In this document: positions 7,365 to 15,898 of the stretch, piece after piece | How the letters are laid out: each line of letters starts with the position of its first letter | Numbering within the stretch: the first letter of the stretch is position 1 | NCBI GenBank assembly: GCA_036264135.1 | Contig: DATARN010000008.1 | Span: 9,095 to 73,094 of the forward strand | From: Acidimicrobiales bacterium | GTDB lineage: Bacteria; Actinomycetota; Acidimicrobiia; Acidimicrobiales; Palsa-688 | Reading direction: 5' to 3' | DNA length: 64,000 nucleotides | Notes under the pieces: model-generated | Databases searched by the model: none | The model's input: the letters and a program-made list of their open reading frames with translations, nothing else | What the model was told of the DNA's origin: nothing | Made by a program: the position numbers and the translations under genes

Positions 7365-9677
7365 TCACTGTACGTCCGGAGGGCCCGCTAGCACCGCCGA
7401 AGCCACGACTGCCTGGCCGAGGGCCAGGCCACCGTCGTTGGGCGGGACGATGCGGTGGCTCAACACGGTGAAGCCGCGGGCCTCGAGCTCCCGGCGGGCC
7501 AGCCGGAGCAATAACACGTTCTGGAACACCCCTCCCGAGAGGGCGGCCCGCCGGATGCCGCGCCGCTCCCCCGCCGCGGTGGCGAGCCGTCCGACCAGAT
7601 CGGCCACCGCCCGATGGAAACCGGCGGCGACGGCCCCCGCGGGCACGCCGGCCCGCAGGTCGGCGACGATCGCCCGGAGGACGGGAGCGGCCGGGATGAC
7701 ACCGTCGGCGACCACGAAGGAGTAGGGCCGAGCCTGGTCGAGAAAGCCAGCGGCCATGGTCTCCAGCTCGATGGCCGCCTGGGCCTCGTAGGAGACGCGG
7801 TGGCGTACCCCCAGCAGGGAGCTGACGGCGTCGAACAGACGGCCCATGCTCGAGGTGGGTACGCACTGGAAGTCCCGCTCCAGCTGGCGGCGCAGGGCCA
7901 CTCGTTCGGCGGCGTCGGTCGCCTGCACGGGGGCGAGATCGGGATCCCAGTCGATGCCCGCCGCCCACAGGTGGGCGAGGGCGGCTCGCGACGGGCGCTT
8001 GATGGTGGCGTCGCCGCCGGGCAGGGGAACGTAGCCGAGGTGGGCGACCCGGTCGTACGCCCGGTAGCCGGCGACCAGCACCTCCCCGCCCCAGATGGCG
8101 CCGTCGGGGCCGTATCCGGTGCCGTCGAAGGCGAACCCGATGACCTGCTCATCGGCGGCGACACCGTGTTCGGCCATCACCGCCGCCACATGGGCGTGGT
8201 GATGCTGGACAAGTGACAGCGCGCCGGTGGCGTGGTCCTCCGCCCAGTTTCGGGTGTGGTAGCCGGGATGCAGGTCGGCCGCCAGGTGATCGGGGGCGAT
8301 CCGGTAGATGGCCCGGAACTGAGCCGTGGACCGCTCGAATGCGGCCAGCGTGTCGGGGCTGCCCATGTCGCCGATGTGCTGGCTCATCCAGGCGTCGGTG
8401 CCCGACGCCAGGCAGAAGGTGTTCTTCAGCTCGCCGCCCACCGCGAGCACCGGCGCCACCGGGAACGGCAGCCGCAACGGCAGCGGGGCGTAGCCACGCG
8501 AGCGGCGCACCGGCAACTCGACACCGTCGACCATCTGCACCACCGAGTCGTCGCAGGGCACGTGGATCGGCCGGTCGTGCAGAAGCCAGCAGTCGGCCAG
8601 CGCGCCGAGCCGCCGGCGGGCGTCGTCGTCCTGGTAACAGATCGGTTCGTCGGTGATGTTGCCGCTGGTCATGACGAGGACGTCGGGCACGGGCGGGCCG
8701 GCGACGCCGGGCACGGGGTTGAACAGCAGGAAGTGCAGCGGCGCGTACGGGAGCATGATCCCGATCATGGGATTGCCGGGGGCCACGAGGGGCGACAGCG
8801 GCGAGCCGGGGCGCACGGCAAGAAGCACGATCGGGTGCTGGGGGGACAGCAGCAACGCCGCCTCGTCGTCGTCGATCACCGCCAGGCTGCGGGCCACGTC
8901 CAGGTCGCGGACCATGACGGCGAAGGGCTTGTCGGCCCGGCCCTTGCGCCGCCGCAGCAGGGCGACGGGTTCGTCTCGGCCGGCGTCACAGGCGATATGG
9001 AACCCGCCGAGCCCCTTGACCGCCACGATCTGGCCAGCGTGGAGGGCGTCCTGAGCGCCGGCCACGGCGGCGTCGGTGCCGTCGATGCGGCCCTCGGCCG
9101 ACTCCAGCCACAGCCGGGGTCCGCAGTCGGCGCAGGCGAGGGGCTGGGCGTGAAAGCGCCGGTCGGCGGGGTCATGATATTGGGCCGCGCAGGCCGGACA
9201 GAGGGTAAAGGAGGCCATTGTCGTATTGGGCCGGTCGTACGGCAATCGGATAGTGATGGTGAAGCGGGGGCCGCAGTTGGTGCAGGTGATGAAGGGATAC
9301 CGGAACCGTCGGTCCTGGGGATCGAACAACTCCCGGAGGCAGTCGTCGCACAACGCGGCGTCGGGCGCCACGAATGTCCGCACCGCCGTGCCGGTCCGGC
9401 TGTCCACGATCCGGAAGCCCGCTTCGCCGACCGTCGGAATCGACGTCGCCTGCACCGTGTCGACCCGCGCCAGCGGCGGCGCGTCACGACGGAGCCGTTC
9501 GGCGAACGCTTCGACCGCCGCCGGCGCCCCCTCCACCTCGACGAAGACACCGTCGGTGTCGTTGCCGACGTGGCCGGCCAGCCCCGACTCGGTGGCCAAG
9601 CGGTGAACGAACGGCCGGTACCCGACCCCCTGAACGACGCCGCTTACCCGTATCCGGGTGCGCGCCGATGTGGTCAT
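7365..9677 (-). CDS. hypF: carbamoyltransferase HypF
   Basis: It has an acylphosphatase N-terminus (RVSGVVQGVGYRPF), two Zn-finger pairs (CDDCLRELFDP...CTNCGPRF and CPACAAQYHDP...CADCGPR), and YrdC-like and Kae1-like regions. The start is set at the ATG at 9677. Confidence 0.92.
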   Translation of the reverse strand: MTTSARTRIRVSGVVQGVGYRPFVHRLATESGLAGHVGNDTDGVFVEVEGAPAAVEAFAERLRRDAPPLARVDTVQATSIPTVGEAGFRIVDSRTGTAVRTFVAPDAALCDDCLRELFDPQDRRFRYPFITCTNCGPRFTITIRLPYDRPNTTMASFTLCPACAAQYHDPADRRFHAQPLACADCGPRLWLESAEGRIDGTDAAVAGAQDALHAGQIVAVKGLGGFHIACDAGRDEPVALLRRRKGRADKPFAVMVRDLDVARSLAVIDDDEAALLLSPQHPIVLLAVRPGSPLSPLVAPGNPMIGIMLPYAPLHFLLFNPVPGVAGPPVPDVLVMTSGNITDEPICYQDDDARRRLGALADCWLLHDRPIHVPCDDSVVQMVDGVELPVRRSRGYAPLPLRLPFPVAPVLAVGGELKNTFCLASGTDAWMSQHIGDMGSPDTLAAFERSTAQFRAIYRIAPDHLAADLHPGYHTRNWAEDHATGALSLVQHHHAHVAAVMAEHGVAADEQVIGFAFDGTGYGPDGAIWGGEVLVAGYRAYDRVAHLGYVPLPGGDATIKRPSRAALAHLWAAGIDWDPDLAPVQATDAAERVALRRQLERDFQCVPTSSMGRLFDAVSSLLGVRHRVSYEAQAAIELETMAAGFLDQARPYSFVVADGVIPAAPVLRAIVADLRAGVPAGAVAAGFHRAVADLVGRLATAAGERRGIRRAALSGGVFQNVLLLRLARRELEARGFTVLSHRIVPPNDGGLALGQAVVASAVLAGPPDVQ

Positions 9678-9712
9678 GGGGGGAAGTCTACGAAGGCGAC
9701 TCCCGGAAAAGG

Positions 9713-10726
9713 CTAAACGGTTTCCAGTGCCCGGTCGTAGCGGCCGGTTGCCGCCTCGCTGTTGCACTTGCTGCGCAGCAACAGCACTTCTTGGGCCGGC
9801 TCGCGGTTGGTGGCCTCGCCACTCCAGGTGCGCAGGGCGTCGTCCTGCAGGGCCCGGCCGTAGGAGAAGGTGAGCGTCCAGGGATGGGGTCCCAACTTGA
9901 CCATGGCGTCAAGGTGCTCGGTGGCCACCACCGACGACTGGCCGCCGGAAAGGAAGGCGATGCCGGGAACGCTGGGGGGCACGCAGTCGCGCAGGCAGCG
10001 GACGGTCGCCTCGGCCACCTCCTGGACCGATGACCCCGGCCCCTTGGATCCGGAGATCACCATCGACGGCTTCAGGACCATGCCCTGGAGATCGATGCTC
10101 GCCTCGCCGAGGGCGTAGAACACCTCGCGCAACGTCTGGTGGGTCACGGCGTCGCTGCGGGCCAGATCGTGGTCGCCGTCCATCAGCACTTCCGGTTCCA
10201 CGATAGGGACCAGGCCGCCCTCTTGGCAAAGGGCGGCGTAGCGGGCCAGCGCCCGGGCGTTGGCCAAGATGGCGTAGCGGGTGGGAGTGGTCGCGCTGAT
10301 GGTGATGACGGCGCGCCACTTGGCGAAGCGGGCGCCGAGCTCGTAGTACTCCGCCACCCGCTCGCGTAGCCCGTCGAGACCCTCGGTGATGGTCTCCCCC
10401 GGGTGTCCCGCGAGGGGCTTGGCGCCGGTGTCCACCTTGATCCCCGGCAGGATCCCCTTGCCGGCCAGAACCTCCGGAAACGGGGTCCCCTCGGCGGTGG
10501 CCTGGCGGATCGTCTCGTCGTAGAGAATTACGCCGCTGATGTAGTTCTCGAGCCCGGGGGCGGTGAGCAACGTCTCGCGGTACTGGCGACGGAGCTCTTC
10601 CGTTGACGGGATTCCCAGCGCCGCGAAGCGCTTGGTGATGGTCCCCGAGCTTTCGTCTGCGGCCAGGATGCCCTTGCCCGGCGCCACCATGGCGGCGGCG
10701 TTGGCATGCAACGTTTCGTTCGTCAT
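9713..10726 (-). CDS. fba: fructose-bisphosphate aldolase, class I
   Basis: The N-terminal GKGILAADESSGTITKRF signature of class I aldolases is present. Length is 337 aa. Confidence 0.85.
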   Translation of the reverse strand: MTNETLHANAAAMVAPGKGILAADESSGTITKRFAALGIPSTEELRRQYRETLLTAPGLENYISGVILYDETIRQATAEGTPFPEVLAGKGILPGIKVDTGAKPLAGHPGETITEGLDGLRERVAEYYELGARFAKWRAVITISATTPTRYAILANARALARYAALCQEGGLVPIVEPEVLMDGDHDLARSDAVTHQTLREVFYALGEASIDLQGMVLKPSMVISGSKGPGSSVQEVAEATVRCLRDCVPPSVPGIAFLSGGQSSVVATEHLDAMVKLGPHPWTLTFSYGRALQDDALRTWSGEATNREPAQEVLLLRSKCNSEAATGRYDRALETV

Positions 10727-10750
10727 CGCGTGATCGTCGCGCGAAATCGC

Positions 10751-11722
10751 TTAGGGGGCAACCTGCAGATCGCGGCCCTGCGAGCGCCGCGCCAGCAGCA
10801 GGTGATAGAGGAAAATGAGCTGCACGACCGCCAGCGGTTCGCTGCGCGCGTCCCCCTCGATAACGCCGAGCGAGGCGGGCAGCTCGTCGCCGATGCCGAG
10901 CCCCGCCCAGATCGCCTCCTCGACCTGCCGGGTCTTCTCCCGGGAGGCGTAGGCGTGGACGTGGAGGGCGTCGACCGGCTTGCCGTCGTCGTCACGAGCC
11001 AGCTTGAGGTGGATGGCCTCGCGGCGGTCGGCGGTGAGCACACCGGACAGATCGGGATGGGGGGCGGTGGGACGCAGGAGGATGGTCGCGCTCAGGAGTT
11101 CAGCCTCGTCTTGCGGGCGCTCCTCGATCGGGCCGAATCGCACGACCACATCGGCCCAGGCGCGCTGCGGGCGGATAAATGCTGCCGACTCCGGCTCGCG
11201 ACGCTTCAGGTCCTCCCGAACCTGCTCCTCGGTATAACCCCGGTCCCGTGTGTCCCGCCGAATTTTCCAGCCATAACGGGTTTCCTCCGGCGGGTCGAGG
11301 TACACGCTCAGGTCGAAGCAGGCCCGTGAGAGCCGGCTGTAGAGCGGCAGTAGCCCTTCGACGATGACAAAGTCTCGCGGCTCGAACAGCACCGGGCGGT
11401 CCAGCGTGCCGGTGAGGTGGTTGTACACCGGCTTCAAGATGGGCTCGCCCATGGCCAACAGCTGGAGGTGCTGCTCCATCACCTCCATGTAATTGCACGC
11501 CGGGTTGAGCGGGGTGAACGGCAGACCCCTGCGTTCGTGGCGATCGTAGCGGTGATAGTCGTCGACGCAAATCGAGCTGATCCGGTCCGTCCCTATGGCC
11601 GCCAACAGGCCGCGGGTGAGCGTCGTCTTCCCGGCTGCGCTGTCGCCCGCGATGGCGATCATGACCGGCCGGTGGGCACTCGGTGGTCCCGCTCGCCGCA
11701 TCACGACCCGTTTGTGAGTCAC
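10751..11722 (-). CDS. prk: phosphoribulokinase
   Basis: P-loop IAIAGDSAAGKTTL is present, and the PRK/uridine-kinase family body includes DDYHRYDR and LKPVYNH. The start could be 11701 instead. Confidence 0.85.
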   Translation of the reverse strand: MTHKRVVMRRAGPPSAHRPVMIAIAGDSAAGKTTLTRGLLAAIGTDRISSICVDDYHRYDRHERRGLPFTPLNPACNYMEVMEQHLQLLAMGEPILKPVYNHLTGTLDRPVLFEPRDFVIVEGLLPLYSRLSRACFDLSVYLDPPEETRYGWKIRRDTRDRGYTEEQVREDLKRREPESAAFIRPQRAWADVVVRFGPIEERPQDEAELLSATILLRPTAPHPDLSGVLTADRREAIHLKLARDDDGKPVDALHVHAYASREKTRQVEEAIWAGLGIGDELPASLGVIEGDARSEPLAVVQLIFLYHLLLARRSQGRDLQVAP

Positions 11723-11807
11723 GGCGCGCTAGAAGCACACGACGGGGTCATGGGCGAACGGTATGGACCGGTCGTTGCGGTGCCATCCCCCTCCGGGGGG
11801 AGACGCC

Positions 11808-12518
11808 GTGGGAGGACATAGTCTTCATGCCGTGACTGACCAGACCCCGGCGGCCGAACCGCGGACCGGACCCATCCGGCTGCTGCTGGTCGACGACCAC
11901 CGAATGGTCCTCGACGGGCTCACCGCCATGCTGCGGCCCCACGCCGACGTGGCGACGGTCGTGGCCAGCACCACCGAACCGGCGGAGGCTCGGCGGCTGG
12001 CGGTCGACGCCCGCCCCGACGTGGCCCTGCTCGACGTGCGCATGCGGGCCGCCAGCGGGCTCGACCTGTGCGAGGAGCTGCTCCGCGTGGCGCCCGGCCT
12101 CAAGGTGGTGCTCCTCACCGTCTACGACGACGAGCAGTACCTGTTCCAGGGGCTTCGAGCCGGGGCGTCGGGGTACCTCACCAAGCAGGTCGTGGCCGAG
12201 GAGCTCGTGACGCACCTGCAGCGGGTGCTGCAGGGCGAAATTGTCATCGACGCGTCGCTGGCCGGACGGGTCGCGCTGTCGGCCGCCCGCCTGCACCGCG
12301 GCGAGTTCTGGCCGGGCGCTCATCTCGGGCTGTCGCAGCGGGAGAGCGAGGTCCTGGAACTGATGGTCCACGGCAACTCCAACCGGGCCATCGCCCACCG
12401 CCTGGTGCTCGGCGAGGAGACGGTGAAAACCCACGTGCGGTCGATCTTCCGCAAGCTGGACGTGACCGACCGGACCCAGGCGGTCGCCTTCGCCCTCCGT
12501 GAGGGCGTCTTCCTGTGA
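11808..12518 (+). CDS. NarL/LuxR-family response regulator
   Basis: The receiver domain reads IRLLLVDDHRMVLDGL...DVALLDVRM and the C-terminal HTH reads LSQRESEVLELMVHGNSNRAIAHRLVLGEETVKTHV. The start was chosen at GTG 11808 (GGGGGGAG 5 nt upstream). The ORF track start is 11763 and GTG at 11832 is also possible. Confidence 0.8.
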   Translation: MGGHSLHAVTDQTPAAEPRTGPIRLLLVDDHRMVLDGLTAMLRPHADVATVVASTTEPAEARRLAVDARPDVALLDVRMRAASGLDLCEELLRVAPGLKVVLLTVYDDEQYLFQGLRAGASGYLTKQVVAEELVTHLQRVLQGEIVIDASLAGRVALSAARLHRGEFWPGAHLGLSQRESEVLELMVHGNSNRAIAHRLVLGEETVKTHVRSIFRKLDVTDRTQAVAFALREGVFL

Positions 12519-13738
12519 CCGCCCCCGAACCGGGCGCCGACGAGCGCGCCTGGTCCGGCCTGCTGCGTCAAATCATCGAGCTGAGCACCGAGGAACGCAA
12601 TCTGCGCCAGGTGCTGCGCCGCGTTGCCGATTTCGTCGTGGCCACAACCGGCGCCGACGTGTGCTTCGTCCACGTCGTCGACCGCGAGGCGCGCGAGATC
12701 GTGCTGATGGGGGCCACTCCCGAGCAGTTCGACCAGCTGAGCGGCACCATCCGCCTCCGCATCGGCGAGGGGGTGGCCGGTTGGGTCGCGCAGTTCGCCA
12801 AGCCGGCGGTGGTCCGGGACAAGTGGAGCGACAAACGCTACGTCTACATCCCCGCCCTGAAAGGCGAGGAGTTCAACTCCATGCTGTCGGTGCCGCTCCT
12901 GCGCCCCGGCGGGGTGGTGGTCGGAGTCCTCAACGTTCACTCCCGCCAGGCCGACTACTTCTCGGCCGCCGACGCCGCCCGGCTGGACGAGGTGGCCAAC
13001 GTGCTGGCCGGCATCGTGGAAAACGCCGTGCTGTACGACCGGCTGGCCACGCGGGAGGCGGAACTGGCCCGTTTCGCCGCCCAGACGATCGAGATGCAGG
13101 AACTGGATCGTCGCCAGATCGCGGCCAACATCCACGACGGGATCAGCCAGCGACTGGTGAGTGCCTGGTATCACCTGCGCGCCGCCCGGTCGCTGGCCGC
13201 CGAGGCAGCGGGCCGGACATTGGCTGCCGATCAGTCGGTGCTCGGCGAGATCGATGCCACCGAGGTCTTGCTGTCCGACGCCTTAGAGGAGGCTCGAAAC
13301 GCCATCGTCGGGCTGCGCCCCGCCATTCTCGACGACCTCGGGCTCAACGCCGGCCTCACCAGCCTGGCCACGTCGCTCGGCGGCGACACCGAGATCGAGC
13401 TGGATCTCCAGGCCAGCCAGCTTCCCGCCCACATCGAGACGGCGCTGTATCGGATCTCCCAGGAGGCGTTGCAGAACGTCATGAAGCACGCCGACGCGCA
13501 GCATGTCCGCATCGCCCTGCACCACACCGTGGACGACCGGGTCATCCTCACCATCAGTGATGACGGCATCGGGTTTGACCCGGGGGCCGCCGGCGACTCG
13601 ATGACCTACGGCCTGCGAGGCATGCAGGAGCGGGCGGCGTTGATCGGCGCCCAGCTGGAACTGCGCTCCCGGCGGGGCGACGGCTCGACGGTCATCGTGA
13701 GCCTTGGAGGAGGAGGATCTGCACCCCCTCGGGGGTGA
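12515..13738 (+). CDS. GAF-domain sensor histidine kinase (HisKA_3 type)
   Basis: It has an N-terminal GAF-like region (FVHVVDREAREIVLMG...VAGWV), the H-box IAANIHDGISQRL and an HATPase region (ISDDGIGFD...GLRGMQERA). The GTGA overlap with the response regulator stop indicates coupling. Confidence 0.85.
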   Translation: MTAPEPGADERAWSGLLRQIIELSTEERNLRQVLRRVADFVVATTGADVCFVHVVDREAREIVLMGATPEQFDQLSGTIRLRIGEGVAGWVAQFAKPAVVRDKWSDKRYVYIPALKGEEFNSMLSVPLLRPGGVVVGVLNVHSRQADYFSAADAARLDEVANVLAGIVENAVLYDRLATREAELARFAAQTIEMQELDRRQIAANIHDGISQRLVSAWYHLRAARSLAAEAAGRTLAADQSVLGEIDATEVLLSDALEEARNAIVGLRPAILDDLGLNAGLTSLATSLGGDTEIELDLQASQLPAHIETALYRISQEALQNVMKHADAQHVRIALHHTVDDRVILTISDDGIGFDPGAAGDSMTYGLRGMQERAALIGAQLELRSRRGDGSTVIVSLGGGGSAPPRG

Positions 13739-14615
13739 GGTCGAAGTGGTCCGGCACCCCGGTGATCGACCGGACCAGCAGCAGGGCAGTGGGGGTCAGG
13801 TCGCCCGACGCGTGGGCCACCAGATGCCAGGGCCGGTCGAGCGGCGTCCCGGGGCAGGGCCACACCGCCACCGACCCGCTGATGATGCGGTCGGCCACGG
13901 CGTCCAGGGAGATGAGGGCGATGCCGAGGCCGGCGACGACCGCCTGCTCGACGGCGCCGTTGGACCCAAGCAACATGGTCCGAGGCTGGATGCCGAGATC
14001 GGCCAGCAGCGCGTCGGCGGCGTTGCGGGTGCCGGACCCCGCCTCGCGCATCAGCCACGTCTGATGGGCCAGGGCGGCGACGGGGACGGGACCATCGGCG
14101 CGGGGCGGCCCGACGAGGACCAGTTGGTTGGGCGCGGTGGCCAGCACGACGACCGGGGCCGCGGCCGGCGGTCGGCCGGCGATCACCAGATCGGCGCTGT
14201 GGTCGCGCAGCGCTTCCCAGACCAGGCTGCGGTTGCCGACCTGCACCGCCACGTCGGCGCTCGGGTGCTGTTGGCGGAACACCGCCAGCAGCGGCGGCAG
14301 CAGCCGCTCCGCCGCCGTCGTGACCGTCACCAGCTGGACGATTCCCTGGTCGGGCGCCTCGAGGCTACGGGCGCTACGAACGGCCAGGTCCAGCAGGCCC
14401 AGGCTCTGGCGGACCTGGTCGGCGAAGGCGGCGCCGGCCGGGGTGACGCGTAGGCCCCGCCCCTGGCGGACGACGAGGGAGATGCCCAATTCGCGTTCAA
14501 GGCTCGAGACCGCCGCCGACACCGACGGCTGGGAGACCACCAACCGCTCGGCGGCGGAGCGGACCGACGCCGTCTCGGCCACCGCCAGGAAGGTCCGCAA
14601 CTGGGTCAGGGTCAC
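13692..14615 (-). CDS. LysR-family transcriptional regulator
   Basis: The N-terminal HTH reads MTLTQLRTFLAVAETASVRSAAERLVVSQPSVSAAVSSLE. It converges on the kinase with a 47-nt overlap of the 3' ends. A CbbR-like role is only inferred from context. Confidence 0.8.
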   Translation of the reverse strand: MTLTQLRTFLAVAETASVRSAAERLVVSQPSVSAAVSSLERELGISLVVRQGRGLRVTPAGAAFADQVRQSLGLLDLAVRSARSLEAPDQGIVQLVTVTTAAERLLPPLLAVFRQQHPSADVAVQVGNRSLVWEALRDHSADLVIAGRPPAAAPVVVLATAPNQLVLVGPPRADGPVPVAALAHQTWLMREAGSGTRNAADALLADLGIQPRTMLLGSNGAVEQAVVAGLGIALISLDAVADRIISGSVAVWPCPGTPLDRPWHLVAHASGDLTPTALLLVRSITGVPDHFDLTPEGVQILLLQGSR

Positions 14616-14699
14616 CGGCCGAAACCTACCCTCGTTGGCCGGCCGGAGCCCCGAAGGGGTGGTCGGTTACCATGGCCGCGCCTCCCTCATGGACCGGTC

Positions 14700-15851
14700 A
14701 TGACCACCCCCACCACCACTGATCAGCCCGCCGAGGCGGGACCTGATCTGCTCGACGCGGTGGTCGAGGCCCTGCCCCTCGCGGTGGTCGCGGTCGCCGA
14801 CGACGGGCGCATCGCGGCCGTGAACGGCCGCGCCGAGTCGCTGTTCGGCTACCGGCGCGACGACCTGCTCGGCTCGTCCGTCGAGCTGCTCGTGCCGTTC
14901 GGCCGGTTGATCGGTCGTGACGAGGTGCTCAGCGAGTACATCCATGACCGCCACGCCCTGGTCACCGAGTGTGTGGCCCGGCGTAACGACGGGGCCCAGA
15001 TCTGGGTCGAGGTGACCCTCAACACCTTGGCCCTCGAGCGCGGGGGCGGATCGCTGCTGACGGTCCGACCGGCCGGCGAACACCAACTCATCAGCGAACG
15101 CCTGGCCATCCTGGAAGCCTTCGTCGAGACCTCTGAGGACGCGGTCTTCAGCCAGGACGTCGACGGCCGGGTCACCGGTTGGAACCGCAGTGCGGAGCGG
15201 ATCTTCGGCTATCCGAAGGACGAAATCATCGGTCAGCCGACGATCATGCTGTTCCCCGAACACCTGAAGAGCGAGACCCAGCGGGTATTCGACACGGTGA
15301 GCGCAGGCGACCGGGTGGACCGCTACGAAAGCGAGATCAGGCGCAAAGACGGGATGCCGATCCCGATCTCGCTGTCCCTGTGCCCGCTCTTCCACACGAG
15401 CGGGCGTCTCATGGCGGCGGTGCTCATCGCGCGCGACGTGACCGAGCAACGACTGGCGCAGGCGACACTCGCCGAGATCGAGACGCGTATCCGCGAGGGT
15501 GAGGCGCTGGCCCACGTGGGCAGCTGGCTCTGGGATGTACGCACCGGCACGGTGCAGTGGACCGACGAGCTGCACCGCATCCACGGCGTCGACCCGCTCG
15601 ATTTCGAAGGCACGCTCGACGCCCACCTCGAGCGGATCCACCCCGAAGACCAGGCCCGGGTATGGCGAGGGCTGACCGCCGCGGTGGCGTCGGGACGATC
15701 CTTCGAGGACGAGTACCGCATCGTCCGGTCGAGCGGCGAGTTGCGCTGGGTCTTCGCCCGGGCGGAACCGACCGTCGGGTCGGCCGGCGACGTGGTCGGC
15801 CTGCGGGGCATCAGCCAGGACGTGACCGAGCGCCGCCGGGCGCAACGCTAG
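14700..15851 (+). CDS. stand-alone triple PAS/PAC sensor protein (no recognisable output domain)
   Basis: There are three repeats of PAS-like sequence (AVNGRAESLFGYRRDDLLG; GWNRSAERIFGYPKDEIIG; VQWTDELHRIHGVDP). Length is 383 aa. It is divergent from the LysR gene. Confidence 0.75.
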   Translation: MTTPTTTDQPAEAGPDLLDAVVEALPLAVVAVADDGRIAAVNGRAESLFGYRRDDLLGSSVELLVPFGRLIGRDEVLSEYIHDRHALVTECVARRNDGAQIWVEVTLNTLALERGGGSLLTVRPAGEHQLISERLAILEAFVETSEDAVFSQDVDGRVTGWNRSAERIFGYPKDEIIGQPTIMLFPEHLKSETQRVFDTVSAGDRVDRYESEIRRKDGMPIPISLSLCPLFHTSGRLMAAVLIARDVTEQRLAQATLAEIETRIREGEALAHVGSWLWDVRTGTVQWTDELHRIHGVDPLDFEGTLDAHLERIHPEDQARVWRGLTAAVASGRSFEDEYRIVRSSGELRWVFARAEPTVGSAGDVVGLRGISQDVTERRRAQR

Positions 15852-15898
15852 CCGTTGACCAGGTCTCGTACGCGGGTCACTTGATCCCCTCTCGGGAC

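Noticed and set aside
8232-9716. 494-aa plus-strand ORF antisense to hypF
   Set aside because: It is an Arg/Gly/Val/His-rich low-complexity translation with no motif, and it lies fully inside a gene with unambiguous HypF motifs on the other strand. This is a typical shadow ORF of GC-rich DNA.
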